In this document: piece by piece, positions 13,943-27,194 of the stretch
How the letters are laid out: every line of letters starts with the position of its first letter
How positions within the stretch are numbered: position 1 is the stretch's first letter
Source: Octopus vulgaris
Taxonomy: Eukaryota
DNA: 64,000 bases
Direction: 5' to 3'
Assembly (NCBI GenBank): GCA_951406725.2
Contig: OX597815.1
Span: 134,478,001-134,542,000 of the forward strand
Made by a program: the position numbers and the translations under genes
The notes under the pieces: model-generated
Seen by the model: only the letters and a program-made list of their open reading frames with translations
The model's database searches: none
What the model was told of the DNA's origin: nothing

Positions 13943-15741
13943 CTAATCCTCCCTCTGGATAGGTGCTAGTCTACAGTAGTTAAGCTTCCTAGATCTGATC
14001 CTGTAGAACTAAGAACTAAATCACTAAATGGATGCACAACAAAATTCTTGCTCTAGATTTACACTCTGTTCAAATACTGGAAATTTTCTGAACCATTTAC
14101 ATTTCTATTCTCTGAGACAACTAGTAATACTAAATACTAGTTTTTCTTCATAGGTCATATTTGTATTTTTAACCTAGTCTCATTTGAGTTTACTCAACAA
14201 GCTTCTGTTTACCAGTCATTCATTTTTAACTTGTTTCTAGAGCGTCAAAATTCTGTTAGACAAACATTGGCACAGATTCCTTCTTTTAATAGTTGTCTCA
14301 GAAAATTTTCAGTACTTGAACAGCATATAAATTTAGGACAAAAATTTTGTTGTGTATCCTGTTGATGCATTTTATTCAATATGCTTCAGCTTATTGTCAG
14401 GAACCAGGACCAGACATGGGAAAGTTATTTCCAATGGACTTTTATGATTGTTGCTACAGCTGTTAATTTTTTTTTTTTTTGCTGGCCACATGTAGTGTTA
14501 CAATATGTTATGTACAGATACATGTACACAAATGCCTGTATATAATATTTTCAAGTGTTGTTTATTTCCATATCGGAAATGTATATAGATGCACCTGTTC
14601 ATATCCAATTGGATGTGAAAGTGTCATGGAAACTACATAACTATGACACTTCATAACACCGCAGGCCAGTATGAGCCAAGGAAGCCTTTGGCTATTTGAC
14701 CTGCTTGAAACCGCAAACAAATCATCCTCAATCACACACACACATGCACGCATGCATACATGGATGCACGCGTGTGAGAGAGACATCTTTAATATTAGAT
14801 ATTCTGGATCACATATCAAACTTAAAAAAAAAATGAAAAAATAAAAAATAAATTGGTTGGAATGCATTTAATTATAGGTCTGCTTAATCCAGGCTGATTT
14901 TGGGCTAAATAACAAGAACTAGGCCAGTATTAGTAGAGTGGTGTCTAGTTGTTTTTCTAGTTAACATTAATGTAACTATTTCAGTTTGGGTTGATTATCA
15001 TCACATGAGTCACATTCTTCGTAAAGAAGCACAAAGCAAATTACCATAGCTGGCTTTTCTTCTACACTTATGATCTCTCACTACTACCAATCTAACCTAA
15101 ATAATATTTCTAACATAGGCACAAGGACAGAAATTTGGAGGAAGGAGAAAAGTTGAGTATATCAACCCTAGTGCTTGACTGCTACTTCCTTTTATTGACC
15201 CTGGAAGGGATAAAAAGCTAAGTTGATTTGGGATTTGAACTGAGAAGGTAAAGGACTGGGAAGAAATACCGGAAGGCAGTCTGTTTCTAATGATTCTGCT
15301 AATCCTCCAGTCTAAATGTAACCGAAATGATAAAAATAGTTATCATCTTGCCATTATAAAAGTGTTACAAGAAACTTGAGTTGATAGCATGTCAACCTTT
15401 TGGGAACAGCTGTGAGTTTATATTCCATCAGTGCAAGTTGCACAATGCTGCACCACAAGTAAAACACGAGACAGATTCTTATATTACTGAATTGACTCTG
15501 AAGCAGAACAAGTAAGAAAAGAGAAAAGAAACATTTTATACATCCTGTAGCTCAGTACCTTCATTGTGATTACTTGAAGCACAGATAAGATTAGTTGACA
15601 GAAAGGACATCAAGGCATACAATACCACATCAGTAAGCCACGTTCTCTTCATGGTTGTGTGTGGAAGGAGAAAGACGGGAAGCAAAAAACAAAATGATGG
15701 TCATATATAACCTTGTCATTTTAACATTCACTTTTCTTGGG

Positions 15742-16620
15742 ATGCATAAGAGGTACAGCAGCATCAAAGGAAGGTTAACTGGGAAGATAGCTTTTGTGTG
15801 CAGCAGATGCACAGGGGCAATAAACACCACAGATGCTCAGAAAACTGATTCCATCATTTGCCAGGGGGAGAAACTAGATGTAGTTGATAGCTTCCTCTAC
15901 CTGCTTGACCAAGTCTGTAATGGGGGTGGATGCTTGGAGAGCATTGCCCCTAGAATAAGAATAGGCTGGGCAAAGTTCAGAAAGCTCCAACCTTTACTGA
16001 TGACAAAGGGCCTCTCACTCAGAGTGAAAGGTAGATTGTATGATGCATGTATGCGAACTGCCATACTACACAGCAGTGAAACATGGGCTGTGACTGTGGA
16101 GGACATACATAGGCTTGAAAGAAATGAAGCTAGCATTATCTGCTGGATGTATAATGTCAGTGTGCACACATGACAGAGTGTAAGTGCCTTGAGAAAAATG
16201 CTGGACATAAGAAGCATCAGATGTGGTGTGCAAGAGATGACTGTGCTGGTATGGTCATGTGCTGCATATGGATGAGGAGAGCTGTGTGAAGAAGTGTCAC
16301 TCCCTAACAGTGGAAGGAACTCATGGTAGAGGGAGACCCAGGAAGACATGGGATGAGGTGATGAAGCATGACCTTCGAACATTGGGCTTCACAGAAGCAG
16401 TGACGAAAGACAGAGACTGCTGGAGATATGCTGTAATTGAGAAGAGCTGGCAAGTAAAGTGAAATCACAGCCGTCACATAACCAGCCTATTTAAAAAGTA
16501 CTTTTGAATCGCTGGATGACATTCCGTGCTTGAGGAGACCTATTGAGTCAAGTAAAATCTAATCAGATCACAATCAAATGGAAATTGTAAATGTGGCTGA
16601 TGCCAGTGCTGCTTCGGATC
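15742..16620 (+). mobile_element. RTE-type LINE fragment (RT C-terminal region)
   Basis: ORFs 15655-16173 and 16259-16462 encode HKRYSSIKGRLTGKIAFVCSRC..RIRIGWAKFRKL..SETWAVT..GRGRPRKTW. Same family as 3308-4607. Confidence 0.9.
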
Positions 16621-17394
16621 ACTGGTCTTTGTTCTTTGGTGCACCTTGCTTATGGAGTGGCTATGCTTTACACTGTAAAACCAGTAAGAAAAATGGTGCA
16701 ATCAGGCTCAAACTTCAATCATGTGACCACAATAGTACCAGCTATAAGCATGCATGCGCAGAAGGCGGTGTGATCAGAGTAAAGATATGTTATGGTGAAA
16801 GTGCGGATAATTTTTGACTTCCCCTCGTATATACAAATAAAATTTTATGTCTGGAGATGGGGGTTTTCATGTGAGGTAGGTGAGTTTTCAGTGTTCCACC
16901 CACTTTTTGCTATAGTTGTTTGTCATCTGGCACTCACAGCAACAAAGAAAAACGAGCCATCTTTGTTACCCTTGAAAGGTCATCTCCTGGCAAGACTTAA
17001 GAGGCTCCTCTTACTCTATGACATCTGTCTCTGTTATAAATTATAAAGTGGCTGATCTAATTCCTGTTGAAGTTGTTTTTTATTTGTTCACTGTAAAACT
17101 AATTTCAGCTTTATGAAGTTATGAAGCATGTGCTTTCCTGTATAATCACTTGATTTGCTCAAATTAACAGCCAAATATTCAACTAATACTTAGATTGATT
17201 ACACACCTGCTCTTATAATCTGTCTTCTTTTTTACACTGCATGCATACCCATGTAGACCCAGACACACTTTATAATTTAGATGATGGCCAAGTTTTATGC
17301 AAAGTAACATGTGGGGAGCAAGAGAAAGGATTATTGTGATGGTAATGCAGTGGTAGTTGACCATAAGTAGATTAATATAGTTTAAGCTATAAAG

Positions 17395-17607
17395 CAGCAA
17401 GCTGGCAGGAACATTTGTATGCTGGATGAAATGCTTAGCGGTATTTCATCTGTCTTTACATTCTGAGTTCAAATTCTGCTGAGGTTGACTTTGCCTTTCA
17501 TCCTTTCAAGGTTGATAAATTAAGTACCAGTTGCATACTGGTGTCGATCTAATCGACTGGCCCTCTCCCTGCAAATTTCGGACCTTGTCCCTAGAGTAGA
17601 AAAGAAT
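17395..17607 (+). mobile_element. SINE family B, CpG-decayed
   Basis: gctggcag..gagttcaaattc (B-box-like)..gactttgcctttcatcc..aagtaccag. Confidence 0.85.
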
Positions 17608-17847
17608 AGTTTAAGCCATGTCTTGTAATTGTTTTTGTTATTTGTTTTAGATGGTATTTAAGAGTGATCAAAAATAGCTCTGAGTACAAGAAACTTGCGT
17701 ACTTATTTGAATTTTCTGTACTTATTTTATCTCGGTCCATTGAAGCTAGTTAATTAAGTTAGCAGTGTAACTGATAGTGAAAGTTAGTCTTTCTACATTC
17801 TACAACTACTAGTTTTATCTTTTCTCAGCTTCCTCTCCCCCTACATA

Positions 17848-18058
17848 CGAGGGGAGAGATTGAAAAGTTCCTGGCTTTAAGAGTATCACAAAAAGCCTGG
17901 TTGGAGGCCCAACCTTCCAATTTTTTTTGCAGGGCTTTTGCAGGACTGCTGCAATAAGCATGTGAATCTAAGAGAGTAATATGTTGAATAAAATAATTAA
18001 CTGATTAACTGTATTTTCTTTTACCTACCAAAGCCAGGAACTTTTCTGTGTCCCCTTG
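17848..18058 (+). mobile_element. Mariner-derived MITE
   Basis: TA flanks and TIRs cgagggg..gaaaagttcctggcttt / aaagccaggaacttttc..ccccttg. The interior is homologous to the transposase 3' end at 62055-62165. Confidence 0.85.
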
Positions 18059-18498
18059 TATAAACCTAAATATAATTGCCTAAAAGCCTCCGTAGTGCTT
18101 ACCATTTGTTTCATGACAATAAGTGGATGAGAGATAATTGTCCTTCTGAACAAGATGGGTCAGCCTATGACAGGTAATAACATCATATGGTCTGGTATCT
18201 ATTTTTGATAGCTATACAATGTAGAGTAAAATCTTCTGCCTTGACACAACAAAACCTGTAAGCATATGTGAATCTGTGTTCTCCTAGCAGATAGTGTAGT
18301 GCCTTTTTTCATCCAAACTTCTCATCTTACAAGGAACATATAGTTTTGGAGTAACATATATTTCATTGTATTTTGGTAGTACAGTTCTCATTGCTCAGTC
18401 TATCTAATTCTTTTGGTTAATAAATATCAAGATTATCTATGATTGTTACATGACATTGGTACAGCACATATGCTAAAATTTCACTACACACACACACA

Positions 18499-18529
<31 letters not shown>

Positions 18530-18848
18530 TTATAAACATTCATAAGTTGATGTGCCAACCCCATGAAGGAGCCTCTAATTGGTTGCTTGACTTATTAAAA
18601 TTAGTTGTTAAATCTCTTTCATATCATACTCTACTATCTTAAAAAAAAAAGAAGGAAGGAAGGATATATTAGTTAAGGTAGTCCTAGATACGTTTATATC
18701 TAAGAAAGACTGGATGGTCATTATTAAAATTCTTTCAATCAGAAATCTGTTCAAACTAGGCTGTCATGTGGTCACAAAAAAAGTGGCATCTGTACTGGAG
18801 ATTCACCCCATCAGGTGGACATAAGACTGTGACTATATAAATCTATTG

Positions 18849-19264
18849 GGATTTTTTTCGGTTTGATTGGCAGTTTTTTCTAGCGGTGTCATATGAAATT
18901 GTCACCCATAATTATGACCCTAGTATCGATCTATTGCATTTCAATCTGTTTTAGGGTTGGTTAGGGCTGGGGGGAAGGGTACCTTTCTTTCTTCACAAAT
19001 GTAAATAAACCCAATCTGTTTCTTAAACGAGGGACATATTCATATGGCACAGAATGTTTTTTTTTACCTCAATGGACATCATTGATTGGTTAAAATTGCA
19101 GAAATTGAAGAAAAAAAACAAATATCTTACAAACTATAGAATTTTCTCAATAAAGCCAAGAGAAAAAGATGTTTTATAAACACATTCTACCAGTATACAA
19201 AGTTAAAATTTTTTTAGTTACCTAGAAATTATGTTAAAAATTGCTGTTCAAACTGAAAAGATCC
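18849..19264. mobile_element. MITE with ~30 bp TIRs (superfamily unassigned)
   Basis: ggatttttttcggtttgattggcagtttttt / aaaaattgctgttcaaactgaaaagatcc. A related right end occurs at about 7010-7089. Confidence 0.75.
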
Positions 19265-20764
19265 ACCTATTGTGTACTGACACATTAATATAGATCTTTG
19301 TCTTGCTTTAGGTCTCTGACCTTCTTGACTAGTCATAAAATCAGTTTTGTAAAGGTTATAGTGCTGAAATAAGGTGAATCAACTCTAAATATATGAGTGG
19401 AATTTCATTCATTCTTGAAAGATTAAAGAGAAATCAGCTTCAGCTAGGTTTCAGCTAAGTAATAGAATATACATTCCTATAAAACTATAAAGCCTCTTGT
19501 TACTATATTTTTGTTGAAATACACTGCCTTTGTTTCCTTTTAATTTTGAAAATAACAAAGAATTTAATAAAATAACTTTCTCATTATTAAAGTGGGTGTA
19601 TGGAATATAAATTGACACAAAATTTTGATGGAAGATTTTACTTTAGATCACTTTAAAATATTAAGTTTGTACCTTAGAATTGGGTGGTCTCATGCAGGTT
19701 GGTATCAAATGGATTAAGCTGAGGAATGTACCAGAAGTACCAACACCACTTATCCTAATGAAATGTAATAAATATTTTCTATTATGATTGGACATACTAT
19801 TTGAGTAGTGAGAATTCTTTAGCGCCATGGGCACAAAAAAATTTCTATAGTTCTAGTGTCATTATAAAATGTACCTAGAATACTTCAGTTAAGTGGTTGA
19901 TGAATGGGCGGGGACAAGGGGTTGAAAAAACCCTCATGTTTTGATGAGAAAGTGACAACCTCTCTAGTGTTGATGCCATGATAAAATGCACCTAATATAC
20001 TCAGTGAAGTGGTTTGTTTTAGGAGATCCAGCTGTAGAAACCAAGGCAAAAGGGAATGTACAAGTGAGATGTAGTTCTCTGACAACTCTAGGAGGCCAGT
20101 AAATCCAAATGAGAATTGACTTGGACAGTGGTGATCTAACCCATGTGGAAAAAAAAAGAAAAGAAAAGAAGCAGATCTATGATGATGACAAGGATGGTAT
20201 TATCAATTAATAATAAAAAAAGAATAAATGGAAAGTCAAATTGTCATTCAACTCTTAGTTCAGCTCTGGTTGAGCAGACTGTGGACATATCAATGTCTTG
20301 TCAAATGTTTAGATATGATCCTCAGCACATTGGTTCTGTATTGATTTTTTTTTTCTCATTTAACTGTTTTATACACAATGTGTACAGGACTGCATTATCT
20401 AATGTACTTTTTTTTTGTTTTAGAGATAGGGCAGTTTGATTTGAGGAAGATTTGGCTGCTATTTCTTGAAATTTGATGACCATGTAAAGGCTTTCTCATT
20501 GGCTCATTGAAATATTTGTATAGCAATCTATTTATAAAGTAATAAACAGTTTGCCTTGTGAAAAATTCTATATAGGTGTGCAGACAAGAGGTCAATGACT
20601 TTACACTGCATTGCTTATTGTTTATGTTGTAGAGGAAAGTTGAGTGGGTTTATTAACTGCTGTAAACATACTGGCAATGTGAAAAGAACAAACCAAGTGG
20701 AAATTAATAATAATAACACTAACAACTATAACGATAGTTTAAATTAAATTTTTTTATTTTTTTT

Positions 20765-23400
20765 TACTCTAGACACAAGGACCGAAATTTGGGGGGAGGA
20801 GACCAGTCGATTAGATCAATCCCCAATATGCAACTGGTACTTAATTTATCGACCCTGAAAGGGTGAAAGGCAAAGTCGATCTCGGCAGAATTTGAACTGA
20901 AAACGTAATGGCAGACGAAATTCTACTAAGCATGTCGCCCGGTGTGCAAATGATTCCGCCAGCTTGCCTCCTTAATAGTATAAAATTTTGGCACAAGACC
21001 AGCAATGTTTTTTGGTGGTGGTGGCAACATTCTGAATTTAGATTCAGAATGTAAGCAGCCGGAAGTAAATGCCACTGAGCATTTTGTCTGATGCAGTTAT
21101 GATTCTGCCAGCTTGCCACCTTATTAATGATAATAATAATAGTTGCAATATCTTCATAAAGGTGGTAGATAGCAAATTTAGTAGAATGAGTTCAAATCTT
21201 GTTGGGGCTAACTTTTACCTTTCTGGCATTGATATATTAGTATCACTCAAGAATAGGAGTTAATTTAATCTTTTTTGCTCTTTTTCTCTGTAGGTTTGTG
21301 ACAACCTGGTAGAAACATAATTGTCAGACAAAATACTTAGTGTATTTTTTCTGGTACTTTACATTCTGAGTTCAAATCCCACTGAAATCGACTTTACCTT
21401 TCATCCCTCTGAGGTTGATAAAATAAAGTATCAGTCAAGTTCTGGGGATCAATGTAATTGACTACCCCCTTTACTCCCCCCCCCAAACCCCCTGCTAATT
21501 TGTGCTAAAATTAGAAAATTGAGTGAGAGAGCAGTGCATGCCATCACAGTGACACACTGGGAAGCCCAATATACCCATCATGACTACTCCATCTGGTAAG
21601 GGTACATCAGGCACATGCATCATAACCATATGTACTCAGCATGGTGATCTCATGTCAAGATAAAAAACGCATGACCTTACAGGTGGGGGCCCAGTTAGAA
21701 TTTTCTTCAAGTCAAGTAGCCCATCCTGCTCAAAAGGTCCTTGAATAATGGTTGTTTAAGGATGTTGGACAAAACCCCCATGTTTCCAGAGGTGAATTAT
21801 TCAAACCCCAAAGAATTCCTCTCAACACATAGCTATGATGCTCCCCCACTACTTTTGCTCTTGATCAGAGTTGCACATATTGCGAGCTACCAAAGGACAT
21901 GCTCAACTGGTTAAGGCAAACAACTGACAAGCAAATCTGTGGTATTGAGCAGAATATTTGCTGTAGCCCATCTTTTACACCAAGACAAAATATGTACATA
22001 ACACTTCCAATCAGTTAAGATCAGAAGCCATGAGAGCCAGTGTCTGGTACTGCACCAGGGCCTTTATTATTATTATTATAATAATATTAATAATAATAAT
22101 AAATATTATTATTATTATTATTATTATTATGGTGGATTATCAGAATTGTTAGAGCAATAAACAAAATACCTTGTAACATTTGTTCTGGTTCTTTACATTC
22201 TAAGTTCAAATTCTCTTAAGGTCAGCTTTGCCTTTCATCCATCTGGAGTCAATAAAATAAAGTAGCAGTCAAGTACTGGGGTTGATAATATTAACTAAAT
22301 CCCTTTTCTCTAAAATTTCAGGCATTGTGCCTAATTTAGATATAATTATTATTAATATTATTATTAAGGCTGCAAGCTGTTAGAATCTTTATTACGCTGG
22401 ATGTAATGCTTAGTGGTATTTTGCCCGTCACTACTTTCTGAGTTCAAGTTCTGTTGAGGCTGACTTTGCCTCCATCCTTTCTGGGTTGATAAATTAAGTA
22501 GCAGTGAAATACTGGGGTTGATGCAATCAACTATCTCCATCTTCCAAATTTCAGGCCTTGTACCTTTAGTAGAAAGGATTATTATTATTAAGGTAGTGAG
22601 CTGGTGGAAATGTTAGCATTCTGGACAAAATGCTTACTGGCATTTTGTCTGTATTTACATTATGAGTTCAAATGCCAGGATCAACTTTGCCTTTCATCCT
22701 TTTGGGGTCAGTGAAATTGACTAGCCCTATCCCCAACAAAATTACAAGCCTTGTGCTCATTGTTAAATCATTGTTATGTAAATGAAATCATTGTTATTCT
22801 TTTCATTTATTCATTTCATTGTTGTTCTGGTATTGAATTGCGGAATTGCATTCCGCAGCTTTAGGATCTAGCCCTTTTCTTACATTTCTCACTGTTCCAA
22901 GCAAATAAGCTTTCTGTAGAGTCAAGAAATACACCTAGGCATTCAACATCTTCAACCAACCACTTAAACTTATTTGTATCTGCTTCTATGATAACTATTA
23001 CAATTGGGATAATGACAATTTTACTGTAATTCAAAATTCTCTGACGTTTGTATTTCAGGTCGTTATTTTTCTATTATGATCGTGGATTTGTAGAATGGTT
23101 AGAGTGTCAGACAAAAATACCTTTTGTTATTTCTTTCATTGGACAAAATGTTCAGTGACATTTTGTCTCTTTATTCTGAGTTCAAATTCCACTGACGTTG
23201 ACTTTGCCTTTCATCCTGTCAGGGTTGATAAAATGAAATAAGCACTAGTTGAACACTGGAGTTGATGTAATCAACTTACACTGCCTCTAAAATTGCTGGC
23301 CTTGTACCAAAATTTATAACCATTATTGCTCAGCTCTTCACATTCTGAGTTCAAATCTCACTGAGGTCAGTTAAACTGATCAAAATCCTTATGAATTGTA
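20765..23400. mobile_element. Dense cluster of decayed SINE family B copies in both orientations, with (ATT)n spacers
   Basis: Repeated gagttcaaat..gactttgcctttcatcc..ataaaataagtaccag units near 20.8, 21.3, 22.1, 22.4, 22.6 and 23.1 kb. Confidence 0.85.
21520..22061 (-). mobile_element. ~540 bp interspersed repeat, possible 5S rRNA-derived SINE
   Basis: GC-richer block abutting (ATT)n. The minus-strand head (tacca..ctgatct..ctgat.ggaag..cttggt..gatggg..aatacc..gcttgtcag) follows the order of 5S rRNA motifs, but similarity is weak. Confidence 0.45.
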
Positions 23401-24379
23401 GCTTTGGGCTAATATAATAAATTGCCATTGAAGGCAATATGACTAGATCAGAGTTTAATGAATTATACTGCATGTTTTTTGTGGCATGATATCCTGTGGT
23501 TGAGTTGAAACCCTACATGAATAACCATTGCTTACTAGTAATATACTGGGGTCAAATATATGGACTATTACTATTAAAACAAATGTTATTAGTGGGGGCT
23601 ATGGTGTGACATTAGAATCTTGATTTAAGATAATACTTATTTACATTGCTTATGCACTTTGGGAAAAGCCTGAATGTCAGCACTTGACATATATTATCTA
23701 TTATCTCTGGTGGCTCTTACAATACTCAGTGTGACAAGTATTGTGGAGTAGTGGGTGTTAAATTCAGGAATTGTAACAAGTGTAACTTCATTATTATTTA
23801 TAACACTTGACATGTTTTGTGATACCTTTAGGAAAAGTATGCACATCATGACTTCTATTGCTTTTGTTACTTGCAGGAATGAGGTAGGAATCACTACAGT
23901 AACGAACATTCTTTCTAAGGTCATGCTATGATACTGTGGCATCATAACATGTCTTTATGAGCATTTTATTTATTTTATTTGTGCTGAGTATTTTTCTCCT
24001 GATTTTTAAATAACATTTGTTGCCAAGTTGTCTTCATAGGAGACTATGGAGTGCTTATCCTCCAAAGAGTGACCAGCTTGCCATGAATGTTGTCAGGGCA
24101 ATCTCCTCAATTTTCTGTGTATAAAGAAAATAAAAAGATGTATTCATATTTACTTACTTTCTCCAGTAGGTGTTACAAACCAGTCTATCTACATTAATCT
24201 TAATTTTTATATCTGCTACTTGTGCATACAGATGAAAGCTATATATATATATATATATTTGACATACCTGTATCTTTTGAATGAGTTTGAATTCACAGCA
24301 ATTTTAACAGAGATGCATTAATCTTTTTTCATTTATGCTAAATCATAAAATCTTTTATGTTTGTTTTAATATTTTTCAG

Positions 24380-24550
24380 CTGGGTTGACATGTAACAATA
24401 GAGCTTTGTATCCTAAAACCCTGCAGCCACACTTGCTGGCAGCTAAACAGATTGGTTTTCCATCTCTATCTCAGAAAACACTTATGTTAACCTCCACTAA
24501 TTCAGCATGGTGGGACTACTTTCGACCACGTTTAGGGCCATTTACTCCCG
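24380..24550 (+). CDS. SDHD: SDHD internal coding exon (probable exon 2; transit peptide/N-terminal part), phase 1-1
   Basis: tttttcag acceptor and G|gtaagt donor. Open frame GLTCNNRALYPKTLQPHLLAAKQIGFPSLSQKTLMLTSTNSAWWDYFRPRLGPFTP is basic/hydroxylated and nearly acid-free, like a mitochondrial presequence. Splices in frame to the 27035 exon. Confidence 0.85.
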
Positions 24551-24740
24551 GTAAGTCATGTGTCTTTTTATTTGTGTCTGTAATTTGTATTGTCTACTTT
24601 CCCTAGCAAAGTTAAATGAGGAAAATTAAAGTATCTGTACAGCTGTTTTTTTGCTTGAGGGGATAGTTCGTTATTAACTTTTAGCTTAGCAGTCAAGCAT
24701 TTTAAAAATAATCTGTGACCCAATTCTGATCAGTGCAACT

Positions 24741-25185
24741 TCATCATCATCGTTTAACGTCCGCTTTCCATGCTAGCATGGGTTGGACGGTTCAACTGGG
24801 GTCTGGGGAGCCCGAAGGCTGCACCAGGCCAGTCAGATCTGGCAGTGTTTCTACAGCTGGATGCCCTTCCTAACGCCAACCACTCCGAGAGTGTAGTGGG
24901 TGATTTTATGTGCCACCGACACAGGTGCCAGACGAGGCTGGCGAATGGCCACGCTCGGATGGTGTTTTTTATGTGCCACCGACACAGGTGCCAGACGAGG
25001 CTAGCAGACGGCCACGCTCGGATGGTGTTTTTTATGTGCCACCGACACAGGTGCCAGATGAGGCTGGCGAATGGCCACGATCGGATGGTGTTTGTTACGT
25101 GCCCACAGCACGGAGGCCAGTCGATGCGGTACTGGCTACGGCCACGTTCGGATGGTTTTCTTATGTGCCACCGGCACTGGTACCA
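24741..25185 (-). mobile_element. Young RTE-type LINE 3' end with 63 bp internal tandem repeats, in an SDHD intron
   Basis: (CAT)n tail at 24741-24751. Three near-identical 63 bp units start at 24904, 24967 and 25030, followed by two diverged units. CpGs are retained. Confidence 0.88.
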
Positions 25186-25877
25186 CAAGATACAAATTCC
25201 ATTGATGTTCATCTATTTTGATTTGGTTTGAAAATACAAAATTCGAACCCACTGCTACCAGTTCAGGTGGGTCCATATGAAGTAGGTGTTGGCCTATTAA
25301 TTCGAAACTCAACAATTTGTTATCCAATCACTCTCAACTTTGTTGTATCCTAACAAAGACAACCTAATCCACAAATATGTGTAAATAGGTACTGCATAGT
25401 ATAAGCAGAGGTCAGACATACAGTGCAAAGTTTGTATACTTCGGTGAAGGTAGTAGCTTCACTAGCTCCTATAAACAAGATGCTGCTGTGTTGCAAATTA
25501 TCTTTGAACCTTTACCATAAATTCACCCTCATTCAAATCCTGCAAAGCTGCTATTTCATCACAAGAGTCACTGCAGATCAATTATGACCTTTCTTTCCAA
25601 GTTTTCATTTCCTTCCACTCTTTCCTAAATATAAAAGTGGAACATAATAATATTCCTGGTCACTAGACAGGCTAATCCTATGAGGATAGGTACTTAATAT
25701 ATGTTCACCTACCAAAGTAGAACAAGGAAAAGTCATGGTTTCATGTATCCTTGTGTTATTGGAACTCTTCTGTTTGACTTTGTTTCATTATGTACTGAGC
25801 CACCATGTAGGTCACATTACATACTACTTTAAGAAATTAGTATTTGTAGTTTCCTCATCATCTTCATTGTTATTATT

Positions 25878-26525
25878 AAGGTGGTGAGCTGGCAGAAACG
25901 TTAGTACGCTGGGTGAAATGTTTAGCGGTATTTTGTCTGTCTTTACATTCTGAGTTCAAATTCCACCGAGGTTGACTTTGCCTTTCATCTTTCAGGGTCG
26001 ATAAATTAAGTACCAGTTGCATACTGGGGATCGATCTAATTGACTGGTCTCCTCCCCTAAAATTTCGGACCTTGTGCCTTGAGTAGAAAAGATTATTATT
26101 AAGGTGGCGAGCTGGCAGAATTGTTAGCATGTCGGTCTTCACATTCCGAGTTCAAATTCTGCTAAGGTCGACTTTACCTTTCATCTTTTCAGTGTCGATA
26201 AAATAAGTACCAGTTGAGTATTGGAGGTGATGCAATCGACTCCCCGCCACAAATTACTGGCCTTGTGCCAAAATTTGAAATTATCATTATTAAGGCAACA
26301 AACTAGCAGAATCGTTAACATGCCAGGCAAAATGCTTAGCAACATTTCATCCGTCCCTTCATTCAGAGTTCAAATTCTGCTGAGGTTGACTTTGCCTTTC
26401 ATCCATTAGGGGTCAATAAAATAAGTCTCAGTTGAGAACTTGCCCACTCATTTTGATGACTGGGGTTGATGTGACTTATCCTCTACCCCTAAAACTGTTG
26501 GCCTGGTGCCAAAATTTGAAACCAT
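25878..26525 (+). mobile_element. Three tandem SINE family B copies in an SDHD intron
   Basis: Heads aaggtggtgagctggcagaa at 25878, 26101 and about 26292, each with the central domain. Confidence 0.88.
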
Positions 26526-27034
26526 TATTGTTATTATACTGTCAGTATTGTCTGTGGAGCTTCAACCGTTGCTTTCTATAGAGGTTTAATTTGAATGTGA
26601 GTGATGATAATACTTGGGACCAATTCTCTGTGTTGACATTAGGATTACGAGCAATTTTCAAAAGTCGTGGGTCTGTTAGTTCTACAGAAGTCATTCTTTC
26701 TTAGGATAAACTCTACAGATTTGGTTGTGGTGAAGCCAATAGCAACTGAGTCTGTTGGAACTCTCCACACTCAACAAAATAACTAGTACAACTGTCAATT
26801 TATTGCCCTGTTCCAAAGTTAAAAATCATCAGCATTATTATTATTATTATTATTTTAGCAAGTACTACAGTGTAGGTGTTTGAAGCCACAATCTCTTCTC
26901 TCCCTGATAATTCCCTTAAGAAAAAAGCATGAAGCTCATTATGTCACATCACTCCTGCCTTTGAACAAGGTCTTGTGTCGTGAAAAGTAATAATTTATTA
27001 TATTTTGAATTTTAACATTTTCATTTACCTGTAG

Positions 27035-27194
27035 CTGAGAAGAAAGGAAAACATATGATGCTGGCCTCTACTCATTGGAAACTCGAACGGATTGTTGCTA
27101 TCAGCCTTCTGGGAACACTACCAGCTGCTATAATTAGCCCAAATTCTGTGACAGATTTTCTTTTAGTGACTTCATTTCTATTACATAGTCATTG
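27035..27194 (+). CDS. SDHD: SDHD coding exon (probable exon 3), phase 1-2
   Basis: ctgtag acceptor and TG|gtaagg donor. Translation EKKGKHMMLASTHWKLERIVAISLLGTLPAAIISPNSVTDFLLVTSFLLHSHW matches the CybS motifs HWxxER..LPAA..D..LHxHW (heme-ligand His). The intron splits the Trp codon, as I recall for vertebrate SDHD. Confidence 0.96.

Noticed and set aside
18951-18966. ttagggttggttaggg telomere-like motif
   Set aside because: Only two units, and internal to a MITE.
24904-25092. Regularly spaced repeats that could look CRISPR-like
   Set aside because: Contiguous 63 bp tandem units with no unique spacers, inside a eukaryotic LINE 3' UTR, and no cas genes.
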